Assembly: GCF_056746865.1 (NCBI RefSeq)
Contig: NZ_CM163382.1
Reading direction: 5' to 3' (one strand)
DNA: 64,000 bases
The notes beneath the pieces are model-generated. The model worked only from the letters and a program-made list of their open reading frames with translations, ran no database searches and was not told the origin of the DNA. Made by a program: the position numbers and the translations under genes. Below, piece after piece: positions 38,155 through 47,937 of the stretch (positions within the stretch are counted from its first letter, which is position 1; every line of letters begins with the position of its first letter).

Positions 38155-38923
38155 GTTCACAGATAAAACACTCTCCAGGAAACCCGGGGCGGTTCAATAT
38201 GTGCTGATTAGTTCCGATACGAGACCGGAACAAGAAGTCTTTATTGTGCAAATAATCAAGCTTTATCAATGCAGCAATAGCTTCTCTTGTTCCTTTGGTT
38301 ATCTCAAATTGCACAGGGCTACCGGTTTTCTGTTGCAACACCGTTGCTCTGCTTGAAACCAAGCGACCATATGCCACATCAGATACTTTGAGTTTGACCA
38401 GATCACAGCCTCGAAGCTTACTGTCCAGGGCCATATTGAACAGAGCTAAATCGCGCGTTTTGCCTTCCAGTTCAAGCCGGATTCGGGTCCCCCAGATATG
38501 AGATATCTGAAGTGGTCTTTTTTGGCCGATGATACGGTCTTTGTTCCACGGTGACGTGTTCATACTCAAATCTCCTGCAATGTGGGAGATTTGAGTATGG
38601 TTGTCCCTTATGAGCGCAGGCTGTGTGAAAACACTCACCAAATACTAAAATGTATGAGGTTATGCAAAATCTGGAATCAATCAGCTGATTATCAGAGTCG
38701 AATTTTACGTAGGGAAGATATTTTCAGCTCTGTTTTAGGCCATTTCTGCACTCAAAAACGTTTTCACACAGCCGCGGTCAGATCGCAATCTTGCACCACA
38801 ATCTGGTACGAGTCAGGCAAGCATTTGGGGTGAAAGCCTGTCCTGAGTGAGAATCTAACCAAGCATTGTGTTATGTTTAACAACTGGAGTAGACTACAAA
38901 ATCAATTAATTAAGGATCTTGAG

Positions 38924-39499
38924 ATGACTATAGCCGCAGCTTGGGTAAGAACTTTAAGAAATTGCAAAGAATTGATTGTAGTATCAGATAGTAGATTAAA
39001 TGGTGGTATGAAAATGGATTGTGGGCAGAAGATAATAACTCTGCCTCGTTCAGATGCTTTCATATGTTTCGCAGGTGATACTAGTTGGGCATATCCTTTG
39101 ATGCATCAAGTGGCATCAGCAATTGATATATATGATCGTTGCTCCTCACGAGCCCAAGATATTAAAGAACTCAAAACCCATATTCTTAAAATTTTTGAAC
39201 GACTGAGAGAGCAAATTCACGATGCCATAGGTGACATGGATATACCCGATGCAAAATTCATATTCGGGGGATATTCATGGATAAGAAAAAAATTCATGAT
39301 TTGGCACATCACCTACCAAAAGAGTACCAACTCTTTTCGTGCGGATCCTGCACGTGAAATATATGGATCACCTGTTGTATTTACTGGTGATGAAGAACAT
39401 GTAATTGTAGCTAATGCTATGCTTCGTGAAAAATTAAAATCAAGAGGGAAGCTGGATAATTTAGAAAAAGGCATGAAAAATACTGTTAAATTTGAATGA
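38924..39499 (+). CDS. HslV/proteasome beta-subunit-like Ntn-hydrolase-fold protein (tentative)
   Basis: From ATG 38924 (AAGGA Shine-Dalgarno; ORF opens at 38873) the product MTIAAAWVRTLRNCKELIVVSDSRLNGGMKMDCGQKIITLPRSDAFICFAGDTSWAYPLMHQ parallels HslV ([61 protein letters not shown]), with Thr directly after the initiator Met; AT-rich. Confidence 0.45.
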   Translation: MTIAAAWVRTLRNCKELIVVSDSRLNGGMKMDCGQKIITLPRSDAFICFAGDTSWAYPLMHQVASAIDIYDRCSSRAQDIKELKTHILKIFERLREQIHDAIGDMDIPDAKFIFGGYSWIRKKFMIWHITYQKSTNSFRADPAREIYGSPVVFTGDEEHVIVANAMLREKLKSRGKLDNLEKGMKNTVKFE

Positions 39500-39523
39500 G
39501 AACCATTTGAAGTTATTCGAGAC

Positions 39524-39799
39524 ATGTTTTACAAAGTTAATGAAAGTTCTTATGAATTTAAAAACTCATCAATTGGAGGCGCGCCCCAAATCCTAAAAAT
39601 CTATGAACATTTATCAAGTCAAAAACTTGGTGTTCTGTGGAAGAACAGGATGGATAGTGAACCGAACATATATTTATCTGGCCGGAGGCTTACTAATTAT
39701 GGTCCGCGAGATATGTGGATACTAGACCCTGAAAAACTGATAACGTACAATCCATTGAAAAGTAATCCTGATAAGGAGGTAATTAATCAATTCATTTAA
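39524..39799 (+). CDS. small hypothetical protein (91 aa) downstream of the HslV-like gene
   Basis: ORF only; same strand and AT-rich context. Confidence 0.3.
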   Translation: MFYKVNESSYEFKNSSIGGAPQILKIYEHLSSQKLGVLWKNRMDSEPNIYLSGRRLTNYGPRDMWILDPEKLITYNPLKSNPDKEVINQFI

Positions 39800-40131
39800 T
39801 CCTTCGGGCATTTAATTATACTTTATTAAAGATACAATTATTATATTTGCATTTTTAATTTTTATGACAGTTGTAAACAAAACTGTTAAGCATTGTGAAG
39901 AGAACGGGGCAATGAAAAAAAGCCGAGCTGTATTTCGTAGCCCCATCCCCTGACCAATATTTTGAAATCAGGATATTTCGATAGCTAAAACTCGTACAGG
40001 TACGTCTTTGGTGTTTTGTACTGAGCGACTAAGAGCAAATTCGGCAACAGAAATTTTTTGAATATCCTCGAAGCTTGTCAGTGTTATTATTACCCCTTGC
40101 TCAAAAACCAGTTATTTCTCGTGTCCTGTAT

Positions 40132-40470
40132 CTATATCTTCACTGTTAAAGAAAAAACTTTTGAATGTGGTTCACTAACCCGAAGTACAAATAGTTCAAT
40201 TGCATTATTACGATATGCCCTATCATGCCACTGTGGAACTCCCATCGCGATATTGGGACATAATGTTGTTGACAATGGCCGAGTGGTTTCAAACATAGCG
40301 CCGTATTTATATTCAGCGGGCCACTTTCCGCCATGAAATAGATATTGACCTGGCATCATCGGCCTACCACTTAAGCGAATTGCTTCTGATACTGCCTTTA
40401 GATCACAGCAATAAGTATCTCCTTGATATTCTGCAATCGGCTTAGGTGTAGTTTCTGGCATGTAAGACAA
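40132..40470 (-). CDS. hypothetical protein (112 aa)
   Basis: ORF only. Confidence 0.3.
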   Translation of the reverse strand: MSYMPETTPKPIAEYQGDTYCCDLKAVSEAIRLSGRPMMPGQYLFHGGKWPAEYKYGAMFETTRPLSTTLCPNIAMGVPQWHDRAYRNNAIELFVLRVSEPHSKVFSLTVKI

Positions 40471-40941
40471 CCACGAAGGGTGTTGCTTTATAGCGTCTTC
40501 GATACCGGTATCGCCTTCGGTTGTTAGTGTGTATTAGATAAGCATGTTTTTCCGCCCGGAAATTTAAAGAGAGTGAATTATTCGACAGAAACGCTCACTT
40601 CTGGAAACGAACGACAAGCATATAACGTCCACCAAAGCCTCAACCAACACGCAAAACCCAGCCCCCAACAATCAACTTAAAAATCAATCGGATATTAAAA
40701 TCCCTTCCATATCAACTTCATCACCACTCTTTTTGCGCCTTCCCCTTCGCGCAAAAAATCAAAATCCTCAACAAACCCAATCACCTACCCCACCAATTAC
40801 AAGGACGCCAGCCAATCATGATTGGACGGTGCAAGGACAACACCAACAAAAACAGGAAGTTAGCAGTCTCAGCAAGACACCGACCAGACGGTGAGGAGAC
40901 ATAAAAGGATACGCAAAGGAGCCGCGGCTCCTGGTGATATG

Positions 40942-40965
40942 AAAGCCCACAGATGTGGGCTTTTT
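40942..40965. terminator. hairpin terminator next to the ypjA 3' end
   Basis: aaagcccacagatgtgggcttttt, perfect 7-bp stem with flanking A-run and T-run. Confidence 0.5.
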
Positions 40966-40974
40966 CGTTGATGG

Positions 40975-43900
40975 TCAGAACGACCAGTTCACACCAGCCA
41001 CCGCGTTCCACGGGGATTCCACACCGGCACCATGGCTATACCCCACCCCGAGATGTCCGCTTAACGTACTGCTGAATGAGGCTTTAATACCTGCCTGGTA
41101 TATTCCACGTCTGCCCGACAAATCATTGACGAAATTACCGTCATTATTCACCTTCACCCGGTTATCATCGACAAATTCTTTGCGCACAGCCGCCTTCAGC
41201 CACGGCTCAATTTCCATACCGTTCCCCAGACGCATGTTGTAACTCAGCGTTGCGCCCAGTTCACGATATATACTGCGGGTATCGACTGATTTCGATTCCA
41301 TGCCATTGGATAAATGATATTCGGGGTTATCAGCGGTGAACCCCGTTAACGATGCATACGGCGTCAGGTTCCAGTTACCATCCGTAAATCGCATCCCGGT
41401 TTCAATGTGACCGCCCAGCCCGTTGCTGCGATAACTGCCGTTGGCGGCTCCACCGCTGCTCATTTTACCGGCTACGTTACTTTCAAAGCGGTTCAGCTTC
41501 ACGATACCGTCCAGATAGAAACCACTTTCATGTTCCCAGCTGGCATAGCCCCCCAGAGAATAACTGCCCACACTGCCATGTCCTCCACGATCAAAACCAA
41601 TATGTGAATGGGAATAACCCATAAAAGCGCCCAGCGTCGCAATCCCCTCAGGAATATCATTACGGCTATCGATCCCCACCGTCATTCCGGTCAGCGTCTG
41701 CTCAAACCCGGCACCCGCATCGGTGGTGACATTATTACGGGTGTTATACGTCGTCCCCCAGACATTATTGTTGTGTGGACTCGCTTTCATTATGTTCAAC
41801 CGCTCGCGAATACTGTTTAGCTCAGCATCAAAGACCAACGGTAATGTTGCTGCCATATTGAGTACGGCTGCTGTAGAAGGCGTGATGCGATTCTCCGGGA
41901 CGGGTGTCGGCGTTGGAGCGGGAGTCGGGTCTGGTTTCGGATCCGGTTTTGGGTCTGGTTTTGGATCCGGTTTCGGATTTGGGTTGGGGTCCGGGTTGGG
42001 TTTGACATCATTGGTCAGGTTCCAGTTGCTGTTGCCGTCGCTTTTCAGGACATACTCATAGGTCCCAAGATCAACGAAACCGCCGGTATTACCCAGCGTA
42101 AACGAAGCATCCCCTCCCCCTGTTTTCACCAGCGTCATCGCGTCGTCAGACTGAGGGCTGACGCCGGTATCCTGAACAAAGATTTTAAAATTGCCAGTGG
42201 CGTTGTTGTTGACGACCAGTTGATCGCCCCGGGAGTCTGCAACGTTGGTATGCAGGTAGAAATTACCGCTGCCGGAAAGTTCACTGGTGGTCAGCGTATT
42301 GTAGATACCGTTAGTTGTGGCAGGCGCTGCTGTTTGTGCTGATAAATAAACATCACCGTCGTTGAGGAGTAAACTGTTTACTCTATATTCGCAGTTGCTG
42401 GTGCCTGCACAGGAATTATTGCTGTTAAGCCAGACACTGCCCCGACTGGCAGCCGTCAGGTCGGCAAGCGTCGTATCGACGCCATTTCCGATAGTTAATG
42501 TCGCGCTATCGGTAATCCGGACCACCCCTTCAAGTTTAACTGGCGTAACATTATCCCGTGGCGTCATTAACGACAGGCTTCCTGTCGCGCCACTGACCGA
42601 TGCATCCGCCAGCGTACCTGCGTAGACGATTGCCGTCCCGCCAGCGATCAGTAGATCTTCTGCCCGGGCCAGAGCCTGAAACTCATCTTTTGACCGACCG
42701 AGGGTATATTGCCCACCGGAATTAACCTTTGTGGCGAAGTCCTGACCCAGGTTTTGCATTGCCCCACCGTTGCCAACCGTGGAATCGCGAGCTTCGGTAC
42801 CTGCTAATACCAATAAATTACCGCCATTTTCCAGCAGCACATTGGTCGCTAAATTTCCGGCAATGGAAAAGGTGCCGTACTGGTGAGTACCGCTGATTTC
42901 AATACCGTTAGCCGTGCTCGTCTGGAGAGCGGCACCGCTGTTCTGGATGATATCTGTCGCTTTGCCATTATCGTTGACTGTCAGCGTACCGCCTTCATTA
43001 ATCGTTGTTTTTACTGCCTCACCGTTAGCCGAAACTGTTTGTATTCCGCCGTCGTTAATCGTTGTCTCATTCGCCACCCCCTCGACGATTTGTTCGCCGC
43101 CGGTGAGCGTCGTGCCTGTCGCAGTGGCTTTTGTTTTGACGATCTCCCGCCCGCCCGCATTGACCTGTGTTTTGGCGGAAGTGGTGTCTGACTCCACGGT
43201 TAACACGCCGCCATTTGCCAGCAGGATATTGTTCGCCGCATCCTGCTCAATGCTGAACGCGACGCCATCAGCGCGTGTCCCTGTGACCCGCGTCGCTCTG
43301 GTGGTTGCAACCAACGCGCCCTGGCTACTTTGCTGTATCCCCGTTGCGCTGCCTTTCTCCCGCACATCGAGAGTGCCGCCTTCATTAAGCACCGAGTTTT
43401 CAGCCAGACCGCCCTCATTAACTACCTGTGAACCGCCATTAATAATGGAACCTTCCGCTGTCCCGTTTACCATAATTTGTTGTAGGCCTGAGACGATATC
43501 GGTATTGATCGCCTTACCATAATTCTGAACGGTTTGCGTACCGCCATTGATGTGCGTTTTGTCTGTTGACCCACCATCAACAATTTGTTCACCACTTTCG
43601 ATATTTGCCTCAGTGGCTAAACCATATACCGTTTGCTTGCCACCTTTGATATTTGCTTTTTCAGAAGTGGCACTGGCATATATTGTTTGGGTACCAGCAC
43701 TATTAAGTACAGTACCAACATCTTTTCCATAAACATCCATTTTGCCGTTGGCATTAATAATCGTGTCAACTGCCCGGGAACCAGTGACGACTGTTAATGA
43801 GCCAGCGTTTTCCAGCACTACATTTTTAGCTTCTGAATTCCTGATGTAGAAAGCATCACCATAACTGTTGGTTCCTTCGATAAGTGTTCCGGAGGTCGTG

Positions 43901-45549
43901 GAAGCAATTAATGCGCCGCCGGATTGTTGCTCAACATGCTTAGCCTCACCACCGTCCTGAACCTCCAGAACGCCACCATTATTAAGTCTGGTGCTATCTG
44001 TTTTAGCCTCCTTCTGGACAATCAGCTTACCGCCAGCATCAATGGTAGTATTTTTCGCCGAGGTTTTAGCCATTACCGTCAGTTCGCCGGTATTTTCCAG
44101 CACAACATAATTAGCCTCTCCTCCGGTAATAGTGAAGTGAGAGAGCTTGTTGTATCCTTCGATATCAGTCCCTGCGCCCGTGTTGGCAACTAAAGCACTG
44201 CCCGTCTCCTGGTTAACCCCATGTGCAATACCGCCGGTATAGACAATCAGCGAGCCTCCGGCGCTAATATTGCTGCCAGTTGCCGTACCATCTTTCTCAA
44301 CAACCTGCCGGCTCCCAGAGGATATATTTGTCGTGTCAGCTTTCCCGCCGCTCTTGATATTTTGCGTTCCACTGTTGATATTGGTGCCCGTGGCAATACC
44401 ATGATTATTAATATTCTGTGTGCCACCATTAATTATGGTATTTGTCGCGTTTCCGGCAACATCCATAACGCCGCCATTATCTATTCGGGTCGCATCAGCT
44501 TTAGCATTCGTTAAAACTGACATTGTTCCTTTATCTTTAATAATCGTCTTATTTGCCGAACCATATGCGTTTATGTCTAAATGACCACCGTTTTCCAGCA
44601 ACACATTCTCTGCCACGTTATTGTGGATGGAGAATGCCCCTTCACTATTCGTACCGCTCACCGTCAAATCGTAAGTCGTTACTTTTAAAGCGGCTCCATC
44701 GTGCTGAGTAATATTAGTTGCCGTACCACCTCTAACATCAAGCACGCCGCCGGAATAAACTTCAATAACATCCGAGGAGCTCGTGTTATCAACAATTTGC
44801 GTACCACCAGAATAGATCTGCGTATTTTTTGCCGTTGACTTACTATTCAGAGACTGAGTTCCGCCTTCAATCGTCGTGTCCAGCGCACGGCTCTCATATA
44901 CTCTTTGCTCACCGCCATTTTTAATGGCGGTTGTTTCTACTGTGCTCTGTTCAACATACTGTCGCCCACCATTTATGGTTGTGTTCGTCGCCAGACTTCC
45001 TTGCGTGATGTCCTGATAACCAGACTTATTTATCGTCGTACCGTCAACATGCCCCTGAGTTGATACTGACTGGCCTCCACCATCAATGATTGTTCCATTT
45101 GCAGTCCCCCCCTCTATGCGTGAAGTACCGCCCTTAATTGTCGTGTCATTGCTGGTACCACCTTTATAAACATATTGATTGCCACTTTCGATTATCGTGC
45201 CAGTAGAAATTCCTCCGTACTCAATTGACTGTCTGCCTCCATTAATGGTTGTATTATTAGCTTGCCCGTTAATATCGGCATGGATTGATACTAGTTGCTC
45301 GCCACCAGTTTCAATAATACTACTATTAGATATCCCACCATAGACCTCCTGCCGGCCATGGTTGATAATATGTGTGTTATTTGTTGTACCTCGTTCATCT
45401 ACTCGTTGGTTGCCATCTACAGTCTCATCGTTTACCACACCAATAACATTAGTAGTGAAGGCCGCCATCCCGGGCTGGGCATATATTAAGGCAGATATCA
45501 ATAAGGAAAGTACTGAGCGGCGAAAATAATAGGGACTGGTCCTGTTCAT
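40975..45549 (-). CDS. ypjA: AIDA-I-type autotransporter adhesin (YpjA-like): signal peptide, repetitive passenger, Pro-rich linker, C-terminal beta-barrel translocator
   Basis: About 1524 aa from MNRTSPYYFRRSVLSLLISALIYAQPGMA (alternative start MKF at 45558; ORF opens at 45678); repeated GGxQ/VxNxG passenger segments; PNPDPNPNPKPDPKPDPKPDPKPDPTP linker; C-terminal aromatic-rich barrel ending ...VNWSF. Confidence 0.85.
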   Translation of the reverse strand: MNRTSPYYFRRSVLSLLISALIYAQPGMAAFTTNVIGVVNDETVDGNQRVDERGTTNNTHIINHGRQEVYGGISNSSIIETGGEQLVSIHADINGQANNTTINGGRQSIEYGGISTGTIIESGNQYVYKGGTSNDTTIKGGTSRIEGGTANGTIIDGGGQSVSTQGHVDGTTINKSGYQDITQGSLATNTTINGGRQYVEQSTVETTAIKNGGEQRVYESRALDTTIEGGTQSLNSKSTAKNTQIYSGGTQIVDNTSSSDVIEVYSGGVLDVRGGTATNITQHDGAALKVTTYDLTVSGTNSEGAFSIHNNVAENVLLENGGHLDINAYGSANKTIIKDKGTMSVLTNAKADATRIDNGGVMDVAGNATNTIINGGTQNINNHGIATGTNINSGTQNIKSGGKADTTNISSGSRQVVEKDGTATGSNISAGGSLIVYTGGIAHGVNQETGSALVANTGAGTDIEGYNKLSHFTITGGEANYVVLENTGELTVMAKTSAKNTTIDAGGKLIVQKEAKTDSTRLNNGGVLEVQDGGEAKHVEQQSGGALIASTTSGTLIEGTNSYGDAFYIRNSEAKNVVLENAGSLTVVTGSRAVDTIINANGKMDVYGKDVGTVLNSAGTQTIYASATSEKANIKGGKQTVYGLATEANIESGEQIVDGGSTDKTHINGGTQTVQNYGKAINTDIVSGLQQIMVNGTAEGSIINGGSQVVNEGGLAENSVLNEGGTLDVREKGSATGIQQSSQGALVATTRATRVTGTRADGVAFSIEQDAANNILLANGGVLTVESDTTSAKTQVNAGGREIVKTKATATGTTLTGGEQIVEGVANETTINDGGIQTVSANGEAVKTTINEGGTLTVNDNGKATDIIQNSGAALQTSTANGIEISGTHQYGTFSIAGNLATNVLLENGGNLLVLAGTEARDSTVGNGGAMQNLGQDFATKVNSGGQYTLGRSKDEFQALARAEDLLIAGGTAIVYAGTLADASVSGATGSLSLMTPRDNVTPVKLEGVVRITDSATLTIGNGVDTTLADLTAASRGSVWLNSNNSCAGTSNCEYRVNSLLLNDGDVYLSAQTAAPATTNGIYNTLTTSELSGSGNFYLHTNVADSRGDQLVVNNNATGNFKIFVQDTGVSPQSDDAMTLVKTGGGDASFTLGNTGGFVDLGTYEYVLKSDGNSNWNLTNDVKPNPDPNPNPKPDPKPDPKPDPKPDPTPAPTPTPVPENRITPSTAAVLNMAATLPLVFDAELNSIRERLNIMKASPHNNNVWGTTYNTRNNVTTDAGAGFEQTLTGMTVGIDSRNDIPEGIATLGAFMGYSHSHIGFDRGGHGSVGSYSLGGYASWEHESGFYLDGIVKLNRFESNVAGKMSSGGAANGSYRSNGLGGHIETGMRFTDGNWNLTPYASLTGFTADNPEYHLSNGMESKSVDTRSIYRELGATLSYNMRLGNGMEIEPWLKAAVRKEFVDDNRVKVNNDGNFVNDLSGRRGIYQAGIKASFSSTLSGHLGVGYSHGAGVESPWNAVAGVNWSF
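41890..42010. repeat. simple-sequence repeat encoding the Pro-Asp/Lys linker of the autotransporter
   Basis: ggtttcggatccggttttgggtctggttttggatccggtttcggatttgggttggggtccgggttgggt reiterated units. Confidence 0.5.
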
Positions 45550-45939
45550 AAATTTCATCCTCTGAAAAGTGAATACTGAGTAGCGTTTAAGCGACCTTAG
45601 CTTTGCTGCAACATCAGCCCACAGGCACCAGACCAGGGGATTCATCCTGAAGAGACAGCGCAAGTGTATTGTGTTCACCGCTCATCAAAGACATCATGAT
45701 GAAATGATGATATTCCGCATAAGAATGAGGCATTTTTTTAAGACATTGTGCTGAAGGATGATTGGATAAAAAAGTCAATCTTTTCAGGAAATACGGCGTA
45801 TTCTTTTCTTTCGACATTGAAGCCATCGGAAAAATAAAATGATTTACATAATCGTTTCTGATGAATATCTTCTGCTCACATAAAAATCACACAATAACAT
45901 TGAGATTGCAGATTGTTTTACTTTTACAGCTTTCGTCCC

Positions 45940-46200
45940 CTCATTGTTGGGCAAATATTGGTAGAGTCAGAGCACGAAAGTTAATACCACGTTCGCACAG
46001 CTCCTCCAACAGCACGGCAAGATGCCGCATACTGCGCCCCAGTAGGTTCAGTTTGCAGACAACCAGTGTGTCACCTACCGATAATGTCCTGAGCCGTTTG
46101 TTCAGTCCGGCCCTGCTGCCACGGTTTTACGTTGAAGTGGTAACCCTGAGCACGCAGTTCATCAGTCAGGCATGGTGCACCATAACGCTGTTGTTGCTGG
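45940..46200 (-). pseudogene. serine recombinase (Pin/Hin/Gin DNA-invertase family) remnant
   Basis: Reverse translation of 45962..46078 gives [37 protein letters not shown], matching the invertase catalytic-domain segment GDTLVVWKLDRLGRSM...ELRERGINFRSLTD; flanking frames are broken. Position matches pinH in K-12. Confidence 0.5.
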
Positions 46201-46482
46201 GTAAGATCAAAAAACTTTCAGGCAGCTAAGGAAAGTTGAATCAGACATTAGATGAAATATTTCAACCAATTACAGCACCAATTTAAACTCAGTAAATCAC
46301 AGCGCAGATCAAGGGGTTACGTGAAAGCGTAGCCCCTTTTTCTTTGGTAGTAGCAGCAAAATGGTTGTAGTGTAAAAAATAATCCCGTTTAATCAATCAA
46401 TAATACATATTGTTTCAATCTACGTTATTATCTCTTTGTAAAACCTGCAGTTTATTTATCATTGAAAACTGCTTTTAGAACT

Positions 46483-47937
46483 TTATACAAGGGGACGATT
46501 CTCAATGGGACTATCCTCAGGGGAATTTTCCTCAGAGGAACTATCATCAAAGTCATCATCCATAGATGAAATACCATCGAATGGTGCCACGCCCGTGATT
46601 AGTTTTATTTTATTATTACGATCAGTCAAGACTCCATTTAAACCATTTTCGCTGACGGATTTTAATAATTTATCATAACTCTTATTGTCATCAGGCACAT
46701 TAAAAATACACGGAGTATCAACATCAAACAATGACGTTCCCCAGTTCACATATTGAATATCATAGTTACTGAAGTTCTGTCCAGAAAAGAAGCATCCCTT
46801 AAAATCCAATCCACGTAAATTATATAAACTACCCTCTTCTTTTGGGAGAGCAATTTTAATTCTGGCTATCTCCCAGACAAAATTGCCATTTTTGTATTTG
46901 AATACCGTTTCAAGCTCTCCTCCAGACAACTTGACTTCTGGAAATAATTTGAAATTAAACCCTACATTATTATGTGTCAACGTAGATGAACAAAAGATGG
47001 AAAAAGCTTGCAGTGCTGAATTATAGCTATCGATTTTATCTTGAGGCTGCGCTCTTGGTAAAAACTTATAGCAACACTCATAAAAATTAAGTAGAAACTC
47101 TGATGACCTTCCATTTTTATCAAATAATACCCGCTGAAAATGCTGCACAAACTTATTCGTTTTTTCTTGAATATCTATGGTGTGTTCCTTTGACTCTAAC
47201 AAAGATGAATCCTGTTGAAGTGCATTGCTCATCTGGTTGAGGAACAACTGCATTTCTTTCAACTTATCTCCATAGTGACCTTTAACTTGCTGAGAATTTT
47301 TAGTTACAGTTGAAACCTTATCTGTGTGGTTTTCATATAAATTATGTGATTCCATACAGTCATTTGGCGGCGTTTCTGAAATAACACTACGCGTTCTACC
47401 TGGCTGAAGTGAAGCAACATGAAAATCACTTTTTCTTATATTGCCGAATAGGGTCTGTTCATTTCTCTTAGCGCATTCAATAAACTGATCAACATTATTT
47501 TTATTAGATGACAGGTTAATTTCAGAAACCGCATTTTCTTTGTTCTCCAGCTTTAGTTTAACGAGAAGGTCTTCCCACACCGTTTTTTTTAAAAATACTA
47601 CGTCAGGCTCACCATCAGCAACTAACTCTTGATTATTATCAAAGTGTACGTTGTATACTTTTAATTTATTTTCATTAGCATCATATTTAATACGTTTTAA
47701 TTGTTCTCCGGCTCCCATAATGACAAAAGCATTGCCTTCATGATATTTACATTCAGACATCATTTTTTGTAAAATTTCAAGAGCACCGTTATACGTCCCT
47801 GAGGCAGCTTCTTTACAAATTAATTTTATAATACTATAAGCTAGTAACTCCATGGATTTAGAAGATTTTCTTTCATTACAATTTCCACTATTTATAAATG
47901 TGCTAGTGTTAATTTCGTTGCTTTTACTAACTAACAT
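46483..47937 (-). CDS. hypothetical protein with C-terminal pentapeptide repeats
   Basis: 484 aa, AT-rich; five-residue periodicity in LRGLDFKGCFFSGQNFSNYDIQYVNWGTSLFDV. Confidence 0.6.
   Translation of the reverse strand: MLVSKSNEINTSTFINSGNCNERKSSKSMELLAYSIIKLICKEAASGTYNGALEILQKMMSECKYHEGNAFVIMGAGEQLKRIKYDANENKLKVYNVHFDNNQELVADGEPDVVFLKKTVWEDLLVKLKLENKENAVSEINLSSNKNNVDQFIECAKRNEQTLFGNIRKSDFHVASLQPGRTRSVISETPPNDCMESHNLYENHTDKVSTVTKNSQQVKGHYGDKLKEMQLFLNQMSNALQQDSSLLESKEHTIDIQEKTNKFVQHFQRVLFDKNGRSSEFLLNFYECCYKFLPRAQPQDKIDSYNSALQAFSIFCSSTLTHNNVGFNFKLFPEVKLSGGELETVFKYKNGNFVWEIARIKIALPKEEGSLYNLRGLDFKGCFFSGQNFSNYDIQYVNWGTSLFDVDTPCIFNVPDDNKSYDKLLKSVSENGLNGVLTDRNNKIKLITGVAPFDGISSMDDDFDDSSSEENSPEDSPIENRPLV

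Larger units (their letters stand above)
36887..38196 (+). mobile_element. IS3-family insertion sequence, IS629/IS1203-like, 1310 bp, with 3-bp target duplication ATA
   Basis: Terminal inverted repeats TGAACCGCCCCGGAAATCCTGGAGA (left) and TCTCCAGGAAACCCGGGGCGGTTCA (right); flanking ata at 36884..36886 and 38197..38199; two overlapping transposase ORFs. Confidence 0.85.
36648..38563 (-). pseudogene. tyrosine recombinase (phage integrase family, catalytic domain) gene disrupted by IS insertion
   Basis: N-part MNTSPWNKDR...LRGCDLVKLKVSDV...LQQKTGSPVQFEI...SRIGTNQHI lies right of the IS (38197..38563); C-part STLQYNRIFHGWAGKLGLEDSLYSTRSMRRTKPYFIYKKTKNLRVIQLLLGHKKLESTVRYLGIEVDDALEIFESIEV lies left (36648..36886). 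The parts join in frame once the IS and one copy of the ATA duplication are removed. Confidence 0.7.
8324..40900. mobile_element. mosaic integrated genomic island at the ssrA 3' end (P4/PICI-type integrase, AlpA, primase, iteron origin, accessory cargo); right boundary approximate
   Basis: Begins directly after ssrA with a P4-type integrase; contents differ from the K-12 CP4-57 gene set; visibly AT-rich and GC-rich blocks alternate; conserved backbone resumes at the ypjA autotransporter. No attR copy of the ssrA 3' end was found by eye. Confidence 0.5.

Noticed and set aside
8324-40975. Direct-repeat copy of the ssrA 3' end (attR) marking the island's right border
   Set aside because: I could not locate a convincing copy by visual inspection of the candidate junctions (36300..36660, 38640..38873, 40470..40975), so no att site is reported; a computed search is needed.
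42914-43522. Plus-strand ORFs inside the autotransporter gene
   Set aside because: Antisense to the ypjA passenger-domain repeats; repetitive low-complexity translations.
45861-46229. 122-aa plus-strand ORF
   Set aside because: Antisense to the Pin-type invertase remnant on the minus strand.
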